A stretch of 64,000 bases of DNA from Clostridia bacterium. Lineage in GTDB: Bacteria > Bacillota > Clostridia > Oscillospirales > CAG-272. Where the stretch lies: assembly GCA_024404445.1 (NCBI GenBank), contig JAKSPY010000001.1, positions 2,758 through 66,757 of the forward strand. The letters run 5' to 3'. The notes below the pieces were generated by a model. That model was given only the letters and a program-made list of their open reading frames with translations, made no database searches and had not been told where the DNA came from. Below, one piece after another: positions 45,069 through 53,613 of the stretch; the first letter of the stretch is position 1; each line of letters starts with the position of its first letter. Both the position numbers and the translations under genes were made by a program.

Positions 45069-45593
45069 ATGATCGACGATAAAGCGAAAATCACGCAAAT
45101 GCAAGAACAGCTGTGCCTGATCTCACGCGTGGAGAAGAACATACCGCTGATAATTATTGACGGCGTATACGGTGACGAAACGAGAAATTGCGTAAAGGCA
45201 TTTCAGTGTGCGTGCGGCATTGAGCCGACGGGCGACGTCGATTATGAAACTCGGACCAAAATCGAGGAATCATACCGCAACGATCTGTTCACGGTGACGC
45301 CCGCGGACAGTCTGGCTGTATTTCCCGGACCGTCGCACAAGATGTGTCACGGTGATGTCGACGATACGGTATATGTCATTCAGCACATATTGCGTGAGCT
45401 GAATTGTGCGTATGATGACGCTTTTTCCGGCGTATGTATGACGGGTACTTACGATGACGCTACCACCGACGCGATACGCACCTTTCAGCATATCAACGGT
45501 CTGCCGGAAACAGGCGAAACCGACAAACGCACATGGAATGCGATGGTCAAAAGTCACAGTGTATTCTGCTATAATAAGTCATATACAGGGTGA
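45069..45593 (+). CDS. protein with two peptidoglycan-binding (PG_binding_1) domains and no catalytic domain
   Basis: DGVYGDETRNCVKAFQCACGIEPTGDVD and TGTYDDATTDAIRTFQHINGLPETGE. No signal peptide is evident. Confidence 0.6.
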   Translation: MIDDKAKITQMQEQLCLISRVEKNIPLIIIDGVYGDETRNCVKAFQCACGIEPTGDVDYETRTKIEESYRNDLFTVTPADSLAVFPGPSHKMCHGDVDDTVYVIQHILRELNCAYDDAFSGVCMTGTYDDATTDAIRTFQHINGLPETGETDKRTWNAMVKSHSVFCYNKSYTG

Positions 45594-45615
45594 TATACAA
45601 ATGTATAAAACAAAA

Positions 45616-45651
45616 CTGCCGCAGGATGGATGCCTGCGGCAGATCGTTTTC
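45616..45651 (+). terminator. rho-independent terminator after the PG-binding gene
   Basis: ctgccgcagg / atggatg loop / cctgcggcag, followed by atcgttttc. Confidence 0.65.
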
Positions 45652-45656
45652 GGGCA

Positions 45657-45684
45657 TGAAAAAAGCAGTCAGCAGACTGCTTTT
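45657..45684 (-). terminator. rho-independent terminator of rplS
   Basis: gcagtc / agca loop / gactgc stem. On the minus strand it is followed by ttttttcat. Confidence 0.55.
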
Positions 45685-45690
45685 GCCATA

Positions 45691-46032
45691 TCAGAGAAGT
45701 TCCTTGACCTTTGTTGCCTTACCAACGCGGTCACGAACATAGAACAGCTTCGCACGGCGGACTTTACCGCGGCGTGTGACAACGACGTTAACTACGTTCG
45801 GGGAATGGATCGGGAAAGTCTTTTCTACGCCGACACCGTATGCAACGTGTCTGACTGTGAAGCTCTCGGCTATACCGCCGTTCTTCTTGGCAATTACAAG
45901 ACCTTCAAAGAGCTGAATTCTCTCCTTCGTACCCTCTTTGATTTTGTTGTGAACAACAACCGTATCACCTACGTTGAATGCAGGAAGCTCGGTTTTAAGC
46001 TGCTCGCTTACAAAAGATTGAAGCTTATCCAT
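45691..46032 (-). CDS. rplS: 50S ribosomal protein L19
   Basis: [37 protein letters not shown]...[20 protein letters not shown] is canonical L19. Start at ATG 46032, after AGGAGG. Confidence 0.9.
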   Translation of the reverse strand: MDKLQSFVSEQLKTELPAFNVGDTVVVHNKIKEGTKERIQLFEGLVIAKKNGGIAESFTVRHVAYGVGVEKTFPIHSPNVVNVVVTRRGKVRRAKLFYVRDRVGKATKVKELL

Positions 46033-46110
46033 TGTGATATACCTCCTTTTGAAATATAAGGCGTTCATGCGAGCATGCAGCGGACCACCTTTGCCATAAA
46101 TAGCGGTGAA

Positions 46111-46139
46111 ATTATATCATAACATTTTGTGAATTGCAA
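46111..46139 (-). promoter_or_regulatory. sigma-A promoter of rplS
   Basis: The minus strand reads TTGCAA ttcacaaaatgttatga TATAAT, with a 17-nt spacer and an extended TG. The roughly 75-nt leader could be an L19-leader-type element, but I could not verify that. Confidence 0.6.
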
Positions 46140-46219
46140 GTCTTTTTTGAAAAAATACCAAATAAAGTTTTCCGAGTGAATTTCCGGAGATATTCATAGA
46201 TCAAAGGCCGCGGGCAAAA

Positions 46220-47632
46220 CTATTTTGCCGTGCGAACGGCGTCGACCGGCCTCGGCATTTTGCCGTGGCGTATATCGTATTCGCGCAAAAGCTGTTCGGG
46301 CGTGACCTTTCTGAACAGCGCCAGACACAAAAACGCCGTCGGCAGCTCAAATACTGCGACCAGACCGAACAGCATCGGCACGCTTGTAAGCTGTGCCGAA
46401 AAGATGTGCAGTGCCGTACCCGACGTGAGCTTATAGAATTCCGTGCCGAACAGCTTACCCAAAAACGCACCCGCATTTATGACGATGGTGTACAGCGCGA
46501 GGTAATTCGTTCTGTCGGTATCGGGCAGGTTGACATATACCAACGACGACACTATCGTGCCGCGTACGACACCGAGCACGTGTTGATAAAGTCTGGTGAT
46601 AACGTACAGCCACAGGTAGTTTTCGGTATTGACGAAAGCCAGCATTACGTACGACGGCGCCTCAATGAGCAGTGAAAGTCCGAGTGCGCGGAACCATGTG
46701 TTTTTGGCAATGAACTTTTTCCACATCGAACCGAAGATTATGAAAAAGAGGAAATACAGCGCGTTTATGCCGTTTGTCAGTGAATACGGTACGCCTACCT
46801 CGTTCAGTATGTACGTGTCCATGTGTCCGGTGTGTACGTTCGTGGCAAAATACGTGGCGAACAATATCAGCATCGTCAACGCGAAGCGGCGGTTTTTCAT
46901 CGGGAGTGTCAGCACGTCCTTGAATCGCGGCTTATCGACTGACACGGGGTAATCGTATTCTTTCGGTACGATCAGTATTATTACGTCGATTATTGCCAGC
47001 AGATACGCCACGTAGCGCATCATCAGCAGTATCGTTTCATATTGCTCTGAGCCTGCCGCACGCGCGCTGTCGGTCAGCAGTGAAAGCCCGAAGGTCACGC
47101 CGTACGTCACCATGCTGTTGATACACGATGATGACGTGAAATAGTCGGCGCGCACGTTATCGGGCAGGAAATTGGCGTGCCATGCCGAATAGCCCGACGA
47201 GAACAGCGCGTTTATCGAGTTTGATATGATTATCAGCGTTATCAGCGCGATTTTCATACCGCGGAAGTCGTCGCCGAATACCGACGGCAATAACGTAACG
47301 CACAATATGTTTATGGTGAAATAAATCAGGCGCGTGATCGCGAGCACGGCCTTTCGTCGTTTGAAACGTTCGAGTATCGACGGCGAAAGCAGATTCAGCA
47401 ACGGCGCTATGCTGGGTATCAGCAGTAATATGCTTATTTCATTTATGTCAAAGCCGTACAGCAGTAAAAATCCGCTGTAGAACAGACCGCCGGACATCTG
47501 ACCCAACACACCGCTGGTGATGCTGTTTGCCAGCATACACACTCGTCCCTTTGCCAGATCATCCTTCAGGTTATATACACCTGCAAGTCCGGAGCGCCGG
47601 ATTAGATCGATAATCCGAAATTTACGTTTCAT
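46220..47632 (-). CDS. MFS-type transporter
   Basis: 470 aa with about 12 hydrophobic segments in a 6+6 organisation. The substrate is unknown. Confidence 0.65.
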   Translation of the reverse strand: MKRKFRIIDLIRRSGLAGVYNLKDDLAKGRVCMLANSITSGVLGQMSGGLFYSGFLLLYGFDINEISILLLIPSIAPLLNLLSPSILERFKRRKAVLAITRLIYFTINILCVTLLPSVFGDDFRGMKIALITLIIISNSINALFSSGYSAWHANFLPDNVRADYFTSSSCINSMVTYGVTFGLSLLTDSARAAGSEQYETILLMMRYVAYLLAIIDVIILIVPKEYDYPVSVDKPRFKDVLTLPMKNRRFALTMLILFATYFATNVHTGHMDTYILNEVGVPYSLTNGINALYFLFFIIFGSMWKKFIAKNTWFRALGLSLLIEAPSYVMLAFVNTENYLWLYVITRLYQHVLGVVRGTIVSSLVYVNLPDTDRTNYLALYTIVINAGAFLGKLFGTEFYKLTSGTALHIFSAQLTSVPMLFGLVAVFELPTAFLCLALFRKVTPEQLLREYDIRHGKMPRPVDAVRTAK

Positions 47633-47772
47633 TTTGTCACCGTTTTCAGTAGTATTTCAGTGCTATTCTATATCAGCGTATATATTTTGTCAATATCAAA
47701 AATACACTGTAATCGGCAAAACGAATGCATTGTTTTTGACAAATTCCGCAAAATATGAAAAAGGAGACGGAT

Positions 47773-49194
47773 ATGAACACGGAAAATATAAAATCAGCCG
47801 TTATCAAGGCTTTTGAAAAATCAGATGATTTCGCTCTGAGGGATATTTGCGGCGGGAGATATACTGTGATGTATATCAAAAATCTCAGCTCAAGAACGAT
47901 GATCGCACGCAACATAATCACGCCGCTGACGTTGGTCGGGGGCGATATACGCGACGCCGTGACGAATGCCTCGGCGACGGAGATCGGAGATGCCGAAACG
48001 GCAATATCGGATATACTCAACGGCGCGGCGATAGTGATGGGCGGCACGCCGTGCCGCGTCTTCAGCGTGATGACCAACAACGAGGAAGGCAGGTCGCAGG
48101 ATGAACCGCAGACAGAGAACGTCATACGCGGGGCACACGACGGCTTCACCGAGAACGGAGACACGAACGCGATGCTGATACGTCGGCGCATACGTTCCGA
48201 GCACCTGAAAAAAGAGGTGTTCCGCATCGGAAATGTGACAAAGACGTCGGTCGGCATGATGTACCTCGATAACGTCGCTGACGCCGGTATAGTCAACGAG
48301 GTCAGACGCAGATTGCAGAATATCAGGATCAACGGCGTGATCGATTCCGGCTATGTGGAAATGTATATACAGGACGGCGATCACCCTGTTTATCCGACAG
48401 TCGGCAATTCTGAACGCCCGGATAAGATCGCCGCGAAGCTTTTGGAGGGCAGGGTGGCGATAATCGTTGACGGATCGCCCGTTGTTCTGACTGTGCCGTA
48501 TCTGTTCTGCGAGGGATTCCAGATAACCGAGGACTATGCAAAAAGCGTGTGGTTCGGCAGCTTTGAGCGAATAATGCGCTTTTTTGCCTCTCTGATATCG
48601 GTTTATCTGCCGGGGCTGTATACGGCTGTCGTCGTATTTCACCCGTATGTGCTGGACCCTGTGCTGGTCGACAGCATTGAGTCCTCGCGAGACGGTATAG
48701 GCGCGCCTCTGATGTGGGAGGTGATAACCGCTCTGCTCATATTTGAGGTATTGCGTGAGGTCGGGCTTCGAATGCCGAAGGCTGTCGGCAGTGCTGTCGG
48801 CATTGTCGGCTCACTCATCCTCGGCGACAGCGCGGTCGAGGCCGGAATAATCACGTATCCGACGCTTATCGTCGTCGCTTTTGCCGCTGTGTGTAATTTC
48901 ATCGCGCCGCCGTATATGAATTCCAATACCGTGCACAGATTTGCCGTTATGATCGCGTCGGGCTTCTTTGGGCTTTTCGGCTTTTTTGCCGCACTGATCG
49001 TGGGATCGGGGATGATGTGCGCGAAGCAGTCGTTCGGCGTGCCGTATCTTTCGCCGTTCGCACCGATATACCCACAGGGACAAAAGGACTTTTTGCTGAT
49101 GTCGGGGATATGGGATATGAAATATATCCCCACATCGATAGTCGGAAAAAAGATAGCCCGCGCCGACGGAAAGCGATCGTATACAGATGTATAA
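47773..49194 (+). CDS. spore germination receptor, GerA-family A subunit
   Basis: VIDSGYVEMYIQDG...SERPDKIAAKLLEGRVAIIVDGSPVVLTVPYLF is the GerAA/GerKA signature. A C-terminal TM bundle is present. Start at ATG 47773, 6 nt after AAGGAG. Confidence 0.8.
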   Translation: MNTENIKSAVIKAFEKSDDFALRDICGGRYTVMYIKNLSSRTMIARNIITPLTLVGGDIRDAVTNASATEIGDAETAISDILNGAAIVMGGTPCRVFSVMTNNEEGRSQDEPQTENVIRGAHDGFTENGDTNAMLIRRRIRSEHLKKEVFRIGNVTKTSVGMMYLDNVADAGIVNEVRRRLQNIRINGVIDSGYVEMYIQDGDHPVYPTVGNSERPDKIAAKLLEGRVAIIVDGSPVVLTVPYLFCEGFQITEDYAKSVWFGSFERIMRFFASLISVYLPGLYTAVVVFHPYVLDPVLVDSIESSRDGIGAPLMWEVITALLIFEVLREVGLRMPKAVGSAVGIVGSLILGDSAVEAGIITYPTLIVVAFAAVCNFIAPPYMNSNTVHRFAVMIASGFFGLFGFFAALIVGSGMMCAKQSFGVPYLSPFAPIYPQGQKDFLLMSGIWDMKYIPTSIVGKKIARADGKRSYTDV

Positions 49195-50149
49195 AACGCA
49201 CGGAGGAATAACCCCGTATCAGCTGATGGCGCTGACGCTCGCGTTCGTCTGCGGCAGCCTTTTGCGCGGCGGAGGCATAGTGGGCGCGGCCGTCATTCTG
49301 TTCTGGATGATCAGAAGCGTATGGTTTGCGAACGGCACATTGCGCGGCAAAGGGGATTCGGTCGTCGGGGCGATCAGCCGCGGCGCGGGAGCGGCAGGTG
49401 CTTTCCCGGCGGTCACATTCTGCATATCGCTCGCCGCGTGCACTGTAATAGCGGTGTACGATCTGGCGTGGGATATGTCGGGACTGTATTCCGGCGTGCC
49501 GGTATGGCTGTTTGCCGTCGGAATCGCGGCACTTTGCGCATTTGCACTTTTCGGTAATATGACGATAGTCGGACGCGGCGCCGAGCTTACACTGTTCGTG
49601 ATCGTGATCGGTGCGATCTGCGGTGCCGTTACGCACGTCGTTTCGTCGGTGCCCATCGGCGCTCAGCTCGGCGGTATCGATACGCTTGGCGCAACAGGGG
49701 CAGTCATAAACCTTGTCTGTCTGACCGTGTTGCCGACAGACGGTGACGCGTCGCCCGGCTACGCTTCGTCCGGCGTGAAGCCCGGCATTATGCTGTCTGC
49801 GGCGATCGGATCGGTGCTTGGCACAGTGGTTTACCTTATGCTGTGCCTGCTGGACTGCGGCATAGCGGGTATCCTGCTGATATGGATCTTCAAAATTATA
49901 CGTTTGTATATAATAGTAATATCCTTGCGTGACATGGCTTTTCCCGCATCGGCAAATTTCAGCGTTTCGCGTGCGGCCGCCACATTCGTATGTCTGGCGG
50001 CGTTTGGCACGGCGCTGATTCTCGGCAGTGAAACAGCCGTCTGCGCCGTCGCGATCATATCGGCTACCGCCGGTATCTCCGCTGTGTGCGCGATCACCTT
50101 ACCGAAAAAGATCATTGCCCTCGTGTCGAAAAAACGCGCCCGACAATAA
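49187..50149 (+). CDS. polytopic membrane protein, probable divergent GerA-family B subunit
   Basis: It overlaps the A-subunit stop by 8 nt. The N-terminal ITPYQLMALTLAFVCGS resembles the GerAB N-terminus. It has about 9-10 TM segments but only 320 aa. Confidence 0.45.
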   Translation: MYKTHGGITPYQLMALTLAFVCGSLLRGGGIVGAAVILFWMIRSVWFANGTLRGKGDSVVGAISRGAGAAGAFPAVTFCISLAACTVIAVYDLAWDMSGLYSGVPVWLFAVGIAALCAFALFGNMTIVGRGAELTLFVIVIGAICGAVTHVVSSVPIGAQLGGIDTLGATGAVINLVCLTVLPTDGDASPGYASSGVKPGIMLSAAIGSVLGTVVYLMLCLLDCGIAGILLIWIFKIIRLYIIVISLRDMAFPASANFSVSRAAATFVCLAAFGTALILGSETAVCAVAIISATAGISAVCAITLPKKIIALVSKKRARQ

Positions 50150-50207
50150 GCGACTGCATCCGTCAAAACGTCATCGTCCCTTACTATGTGAGGCTCTATA
50201 CCGGAAC

Positions 50208-50261
50208 AAAAAAGCATCCGCCGTAAAGAGAAACAAATCTCCGATCGGCAGATGCTTTATT
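50208..50261. terminator. probable bidirectional terminator between the ger operon and truB
   Basis: gcatccgccg / cggcagatgc pairs 9 of 10 bp around a 22-nt loop, flanked by aaaaaa and tttatt. Confidence 0.4.
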
Positions 50262-50320
50262 CTGTGATGTTTGCCATTACGGGCAAGCGACTTTGCCGGC
50301 GCGAATCGTATTTCACGCGG

Positions 50321-51226
50321 TCACAGCCGTTTTTCCAATTTTACGGCTGTTCCGTTTTCGTATTCACCGACGCGACCGATGCCAAAAAAACCGTCGGCCC
50401 CGTACATTCTTACAACCGCTCCGACATCGAATCCGGTTTTGATCTTCTTTTGATATATCTCACAACCGTTCAGACACAAACGCTCATAAAACGGCTCAAG
50501 TCTGACAGATGGCAAACCGGACAGCAATTCTTCGCACGGGATCAGCATATCCGCACGCTTTTCCGACACGGTATTCTCAATTTCCTCTATTGTTACGGTC
50601 TGCCTGATGTCAAATCCGCCGCATTCCGTGCGTTCCAGCGCGCTCATCGCGGCACCGCAACCCAGCATTCTGCCGATGTCCGCGCATATCGTTCTGATGT
50701 ACGTACCCGCCGAGCATCTGATGCACAAGGTGTAGTCGCGGCCGTCGCCGTCTGCTGTCAGGGAATAGACTGTTATCGGCCTTGGTGTGCGCTCAACGGT
50801 CACGCCCTGTCTTGCCATATCGACCAATTTTTTGCCGCCGATCTTCAATGCGCTGTACATCGGCGGTATCTGCATACTGTCGCCGATGAATGTGTTTGCC
50901 GCCGCTATCACGTCGTCACGCGCCGGTATGACGTCGCTTTGAGACATGAGCTTGCCTGTCGTATCCTCGGTGTCGGTTTCGATCCCCAACCGCATACCGG
51001 CGCGATATGCCTTGACGCCGCTCATCACGTAGTCGGACGCCTTTACCGCACGCCCGACAAGCACGACCAGAACACCTGTCGCCATCGGGTCGAGCGTGCC
51101 GGTGTGCCCGACCTGCTTCGTGCCGAACAGACGTCGCACTTTTGCCACGACGTCAAATGAGGTGATGCCCTGCGGCTTATATATCGGTATCACGCCGCCG
51201 CGAAAGTCGTTCACTGAAATCCGCAC
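50321..51226 (-). CDS. truB: tRNA pseudouridine(55) synthase
   Basis: GVIPIYKPQGITSFDVV...GHTGTLDPMATGVLVVLVG contains the catalytic Asp motif. Confidence 0.9.
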   Translation of the reverse strand: MRISVNDFRGGVIPIYKPQGITSFDVVAKVRRLFGTKQVGHTGTLDPMATGVLVVLVGRAVKASDYVMSGVKAYRAGMRLGIETDTEDTTGKLMSQSDVIPARDDVIAAANTFIGDSMQIPPMYSALKIGGKKLVDMARQGVTVERTPRPITVYSLTADGDGRDYTLCIRCSAGTYIRTICADIGRMLGCGAAMSALERTECGGFDIRQTVTIEEIENTVSEKRADMLIPCEELLSGLPSVRLEPFYERLCLNGCEIYQKKIKTGFDVGAVVRMYGADGFFGIGRVGEYENGTAVKLEKRL

Positions 51227-52185
51227 TCCTTTATTATCGTTTCGACCGCGCTGTCAAGCTCGTTTTCGGAAACACTGCAGCCCGCGGCGCCGGGATGGCC
51301 GCCGCCACCGAATATCGCGCAAATTTTCGCCACGTCTATTTCACACGCCGAACGCGTGGATATCTTGTATTGCCCCGGCTCGCGCTCCCGTGCGAAAATC
51401 GCGATCTTTACTCCGTCGGCGCGGCGTATGGCGTTTATCACGTCATACGTGTCCTCGTCTTCAAATCCGTACCGCGCCTTGTCGGCCAGCGTTATCCTTA
51501 CCGTGGCTATCAGTCCGTCGCATCTGTACATTACGTTCGCCATGGCGAACGCTTCTGCCGCGAGGGCGGCCTTTGATTTACATTCAAACAGATTATGACA
51601 TATCTGCGTGTGATCGGCACCGAGCTCAATAAGCCGCGCCGCGATCTTATGCGTATACTGCGTCGTGTTGGCGTATCGGAAGCCGCCCGTATCCGCGGCA
51701 AGCGCGGCATACAGCATAGACGCCGTTTCCTTTGACAGCTCGCCGATCAGCAGTCTGTTGACTATCCTGTACACGATCTCGGCACAGGCGGCGGCCATCG
51801 GGTCGATAAACGTCATTTCGGCAAAGCGGTCGTGCGTCGCGTGATGATCCAGCGACAGCGATACCTTTGACGCGTAATCACGGTATCCGCCAAGCTGTCC
51901 CGGCGACGCAACGTCGGTGCTGACGTACACGCCCGGCGTGAAATCCCGCGGCAGTGCGTCAAATGAAAAATCGCGAATTCCGTCGGTCAGAAACGTAAGC
52001 GAATTCGGTATTTTATCGTAACTGACCACATACGCACGCTTGCCGATCGCACGGAGCGTTGCCACAAGGGCACACGCCGATCCGATGGCGTCGGCGTCGG
52101 GATTTTCGTGCACGAACACCACATAGTCGTTATTTTTGACAAAAAACCTGCATATCGCGTTGATCGAGATATTATTGTGACTCAT
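51211..52185 (-). CDS. nrnA: DHH-family phosphoesterase (NrnA-like oligoribonuclease / pAp phosphatase)
   Basis: HENPDADAIGS, DHH (LSLDHHATHD), and the DHHA1 motif GGGGHPGAAG. Start at ATG 52185, 5 nt after GGAGG. Confidence 0.8.
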   Translation of the reverse strand: MSHNNISINAICRFFVKNNDYVVFVHENPDADAIGSACALVATLRAIGKRAYVVSYDKIPNSLTFLTDGIRDFSFDALPRDFTPGVYVSTDVASPGQLGGYRDYASKVSLSLDHHATHDRFAEMTFIDPMAAACAEIVYRIVNRLLIGELSKETASMLYAALAADTGGFRYANTTQYTHKIAARLIELGADHTQICHNLFECKSKAALAAEAFAMANVMYRCDGLIATVRITLADKARYGFEDEDTYDVINAIRRADGVKIAIFAREREPGQYKISTRSACEIDVAKICAIFGGGGHPGAAGCSVSENELDSAVETIIKECGFQ

Positions 52186-52558
52186 TGTCGCCTCCGTCAC
52201 CGTCAAGCACGATCTCATCGACCTTTGCCAGCTTCAGCAGTTCCTCGATCCTCGCGCCGCGTTCCATGGATTCGTCGTATTCAAACGTCAGCTCCGGCGT
52301 GATGCGCAGATTGAGCTCCTCCGCTATCGCACGGCGCAGTACTCCCGCGGCACTGTATAGTCCCTTTTTGATCTCTTTGATATCTTCGTCGCCCATGACG
52401 GAAAAGAAAACCTTCGCGTATTTCAGATCACCCGTGACCCTGCACGCGGTTATCGTGATCAGCTTACCCGCGACGCGCGGATCCTTGACTGTGCGTATGG
52501 CATCACCGAGGGTGTGCATTACCTCCTCGTTTATGCGTTCGCGTCTGTATTTTGCCAT
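52172..52558 (-). CDS. rbfA: ribosome-binding factor A
   Basis: RRERINEEVMHTLGDAIRTVKDPRV...ITITACRVTGDLKYAKVFFSV is canonical RbfA. Confidence 0.9.
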   Translation of the reverse strand: MAKYRRERINEEVMHTLGDAIRTVKDPRVAGKLITITACRVTGDLKYAKVFFSVMGDEDIKEIKKGLYSAAGVLRRAIAEELNLRITPELTFEYDESMERGARIEELLKLAKVDEIVLDGDGGDNESQ

Positions 52559-52638
52559 TGCAGCCTCCGAATAGAATATTGATACAGATACAGTATATCA
52601 CAACGCGCACGATTTGAACAGGTGTTTTTCAATATTTG

Positions 52639-52668
52639 TTGACACTTACCTTTTGCGTATGATATAAT
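52639..52668 (+). promoter_or_regulatory. sigma-A promoter of the GNAT gene
   Basis: TTGACA cttaccttttgcgtatga TATAAT with an 18-nt spacer and an extended TG. The tracked ATG 52667 lies inside the -10 element. Confidence 0.55.
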
Positions 52669-52690
52669 GACGGAAAACAGGGAGGTCATC

Positions 52691-53491
52691 ATGATAAAAG
52701 ACTATAAAAACGGCGGCGAATTCATCGCCGACAACGAAAAGTATCTGAACACCGACAAAAACCTGTCGGCATTTTTCTTTCTTGACGCACCGCTGTTTGT
52801 CGTGCAGGACGATACGCACTACGCCTTTGCCGTTTCTGACGGGGAAAGCAAGCTGCTTGCCATGAAGGTACAGCCGTATGATCTGATGCTGTTCGGCGAT
52901 CCCGGACTTGTGCCGGAGGCCGTCCGTCACATCGTGTCGCGCGGCGGTCGGATCGGCGACGTCTTATGCGAGGAAGGTTTAGGTCTGAAGCTGACGGATT
53001 TCGTAAAGGAAGAATACGGATGGACGTACGCGGAGGCGCTGGCTATGGATTTCATGGAAGCGAGGGAGAGAACGGCACCGTCGTCCGATGAGGTGGTACA
53101 CGCGACAGCCGACGATATTGACGAGATATTTGAATGCACGGAGCGCTTTGTCGCCGATTGCGGGCTGAACGATGAGGTCAACAGGGAACGTCTGCTTACG
53201 AATATCGATTCGTTCAGATGCGTCAGACGCGACGGAAAGATCGCGTCGATGGCCAAAATAGCGTGCTCATCGGACGAGACCATGCGTATAGTCAGCGTAT
53301 ATACGCGCAACGAATATCGCGGGCAGGGGTTGGCGCGCAAGGTCGTCAACACCGCGAAGAACGAAATACTTGATTCCGGCTGTGTTGCGGTGCTTAATGT
53401 CGACAGATTCAACCCGATATCGTATCATCTGTACTCGTCACTCGGCTTTTACCGACTCTTTTCACAGGGGGAATTCCGCCACATCGATTGA
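52691..53491 (+). CDS. GNAT-family N-acetyltransferase
   Basis: The acetyl-CoA motif RNEYRGQGLARKVV sits in the C-terminal half. Start at ATG 52691, 5 nt after GGGAGG. Confidence 0.6.
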   Translation: MIKDYKNGGEFIADNEKYLNTDKNLSAFFFLDAPLFVVQDDTHYAFAVSDGESKLLAMKVQPYDLMLFGDPGLVPEAVRHIVSRGGRIGDVLCEEGLGLKLTDFVKEEYGWTYAEALAMDFMEARERTAPSSDEVVHATADDIDEIFECTERFVADCGLNDEVNRERLLTNIDSFRCVRRDGKIASMAKIACSSDETMRIVSVYTRNEYRGQGLARKVVNTAKNEILDSGCVAVLNVDRFNPISYHLYSSLGFYRLFSQGEFRHID

Positions 53492-53547
53492 ACCGCCGTC
53501 ATCGGCGTCTTTTTATTCGGAAATGCAGAATAGAAACGACAATACGA

Positions 53548-53576
53548 TTGACAGAGATCGATGATAATGTTATAAT
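53548..53576 (+). promoter_or_regulatory. perfect consensus sigma-A promoter of the TerB-ATPase pair
   Basis: TTGACA gagatcgatgataatgt TATAAT with a 17-nt spacer and an extended TG, 38 nt upstream of ATG 53614. Confidence 0.65.
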
Positions 53577-53613
53577 ATCATAATGATCAAAATGCGGAAA
53601 ACGGGAGGCGCTG

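Noticed and set aside
47673-48642. Two long minus-strand ORFs (219 aa and 250 aa) opposite the GerA-family gene.
   Set aside because: The plus-strand GerAA signature is strong. The minus-strand products have no motifs and overlap each other in different frames.
50252-51160. A 302-aa ORF antisense to truB.
   Set aside because: truB on the minus strand is unambiguous. The antisense product is Arg/His/Cys-rich junk.
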